DNA of 54,090 nucleotides from Candidatus Moraniibacteriota bacterium. GTDB lineage: Bacteria; Patescibacteriota; Minisyncoccia; Moranbacterales; UBA11712. Location: the NCBI GenBank assembly GCA_028716005.1, contig JAQUQQ010000002.1:1-54090 (forward strand), given 5' to 3'. Below the pieces are notes generated by a model that worked only from the letters and a program-made list of their open reading frames with translations, made no database searches and was not told the DNA's origin. Position numbers and translations under genes: made by a program. The number at the start of each line of letters is the position of its first letter. The first letter of the stretch is position 1. Positions 53,015 through 54,090 of this stretch are shown in pieces.

Positions 53015-53049
53015 TCGTTCCACGTTGTGCGCTATGCGTTACGCGACTA
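53015..53049. repeat. Heptanucleotide array, GCGTTAY family, 5 units
   Basis: tcgttcc acgttgt gcgctat gcgttac gcgacta; the last 3 nt are the TAG of the DUF3048 gene. Confidence 0.8.
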
Positions 53050-54090
53050 CGGCGTCGGTGTCCATTTCAGCGCCTGTCCCGGCTCCAAAACTTCCACCCA
53101 GATTTGTCCCGGCACGAATTTCACTTCCTGTCCGGACTCGTCATACATGAAAAGCTTTGACGCCCATTTCGATTTGTCTTTTTTCCAGCGGCCCTTCATT
53201 TCTTTTCCGTTGAAATAGTAGAACGCGTCTCCCTCGCTCACGCTGTCAAACTGCGGATCGCCGATTTGAACGTTGTTGTATTGACCTTCAATCTGCTCGG
53301 AACTGGCGATGACAACCGCCACATTTTTCGGCGCGAGCCTTTGCCCGTTGTTGGCATCAGTATCCTCCACTTTGTTCCAGGTGCGAAGATATGCGTTGGT
53401 CGCTTTGTCATAGTCATAATCCACCGCGAAAGGTCCCGCAAAACCAACTCGGAGATGCCCGCCGCTTGGCCTTTGATCGACTGATGCTTCCGCCTGATGG
53501 GCATAACCGGTAAATTTGTCCTCCATTCTGTAACCGGCTTTTTTGGCGCAATCGAGAAGCGTCGAAAAATTGGCAAATCCGTTGTCCGGCGCCGGAACTC
53601 CGGCTTTCCGAAAACCGCACTCGGGAGCCTTGTGGCCGAAACTTCCGTTGAGATCGAGGTTGTCTATCACGCCTTTGTCCAATATTTCGCCGGCAAAGTG
53701 TGAACCGCCCCAGTGGGTGAGAATGGCGTCCCATCCGGCGGCCAAGGCGATATAGTCATGTCGCGTGGAACGGATTGATCCGACCTCTTTGGGATCATTG
53801 CAAACATACACTCCCATCAGCCGCGTGATGCTCGCCGTGATTGCCGGCATTTCAAGAACCAGATCCGCGTCCGAAAATCCACTGTCGGGTCTGACAGAAA
53901 GATCAGCCGCCTCCATCACCGCAATCGGGCGGCGGTTCCAGTTGGCACAGGGAAGATTCGTGAAAGGGCTCACTTCTCCGGTATTGAGCGGCGCGCCTGT
54001 TTCAACGTCTCCTTTCATTGAATTTAGGTTCAGGGGTCCGGCTTTTCTTCCGCCAAACCAACCGAGAAAATATCCCGCAACCAAAATGAC
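53047..54090 (-). CDS. DUF3048-domain protein (N-terminus beyond window end)
   Basis: Frame stays open to the window edge. N-terminal TM helix, PIAVMEAADLSVRPDSGFSDADLVLEMP, GSIRSTRHDY. Confidence 0.75.
   Translation of the reverse strand, partial: VILVAGYFLGWFGGRKAGPLNLNSMKGDVETGAPLNTGEVSPFTNLPCANWNRRPIAVMEAADLSVRPDSGFSDADLVLEMPAITASITRLMGVYVCNDPKEVGSIRSTRHDYIALAAGWDAILTHWGGSHFAGEILDKGVIDNLDLNGSFGHKAPECGFRKAGVPAPDNGFANFSTLLDCAKKAGYRMEDKFTGYAHQAEASVDQRPSGGHLRVGFAGPFAVDYDYDKATNAYLRTWNKVEDTDANNGQRLAPKNVAVVIASSEQIEGQYNNVQIGDPQFDSVSEGDAFYYFNGKEMKGRWKKDKSKWASKLFMYDESGQEVKFVPGQIWVEVLEPGQALKWTPTP

Noticed and set aside
14618-53049. The repeat arrays might be CRISPR arrays
   Set aside because: The units are 7 nt, contiguous and degenerate, with no unique spacers. 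There are no cas genes in the window.

Overview
54-kb window that looks like a streamlined Patescibacteria/CPR-like bacterium. This is an inference from gene content only: femX plus a short murE, DUF3048, a lysine-rich sigma-70 N-terminus, many genes without Shine-Dalgarno sites. I call about 50 protein genes, one tRNA-Ser(GGA) and no rRNA or CRISPR. Blocks in order: a copper/redox cluster (copA, two cupredoxin proteins, two DUF2769 Cys-rich modules, a GltS-like flavoprotein); TrmB; an amidohydrolase; a self-contained argG-like locus; lgt; a histidine kinase, response regulator, sigma factor and SPW membrane protein; a partial purine block (purN-purL, orf109-purM); a zinc-ribbon/RGG protein with a structured leader; a C39-like peptidase plus two paralogous putative wall hydrolases; dnaG-rpoD; dfx, NUDIX, methyltransferase, an HD gene with an in-frame TAG, ahcY and a PfkB kinase; ppsA and pyk; htpX-lemA; murE, femX, ruvA, rpsT, GNAT, holA, DUF3048. 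The most unusual signal is not a gene. About 20 sites carry arrays of 4-8 (modal five, 35 nt) degenerate tandem heptanucleotides, mainly NNGTATY and GCGTTAY families. They fill gene junctions exactly from stop codon to start codon. They occur as inverted pairs around small cassettes, including a four-helix-bundle gene wedged between pyk and ppsA. They also sit in frame inside dnaG, murE and femX, where the one in-frame TAA is always mutated. Other notable items: a 30-nt twin-hairpin GC element family, a GIY-YIG gene inserted at tRNA-Ser with a 24-nt duplication of the tRNA 5' end, and an in-frame perfect palindrome in copA. All functional calls come from reading motifs by eye; no database search was possible.
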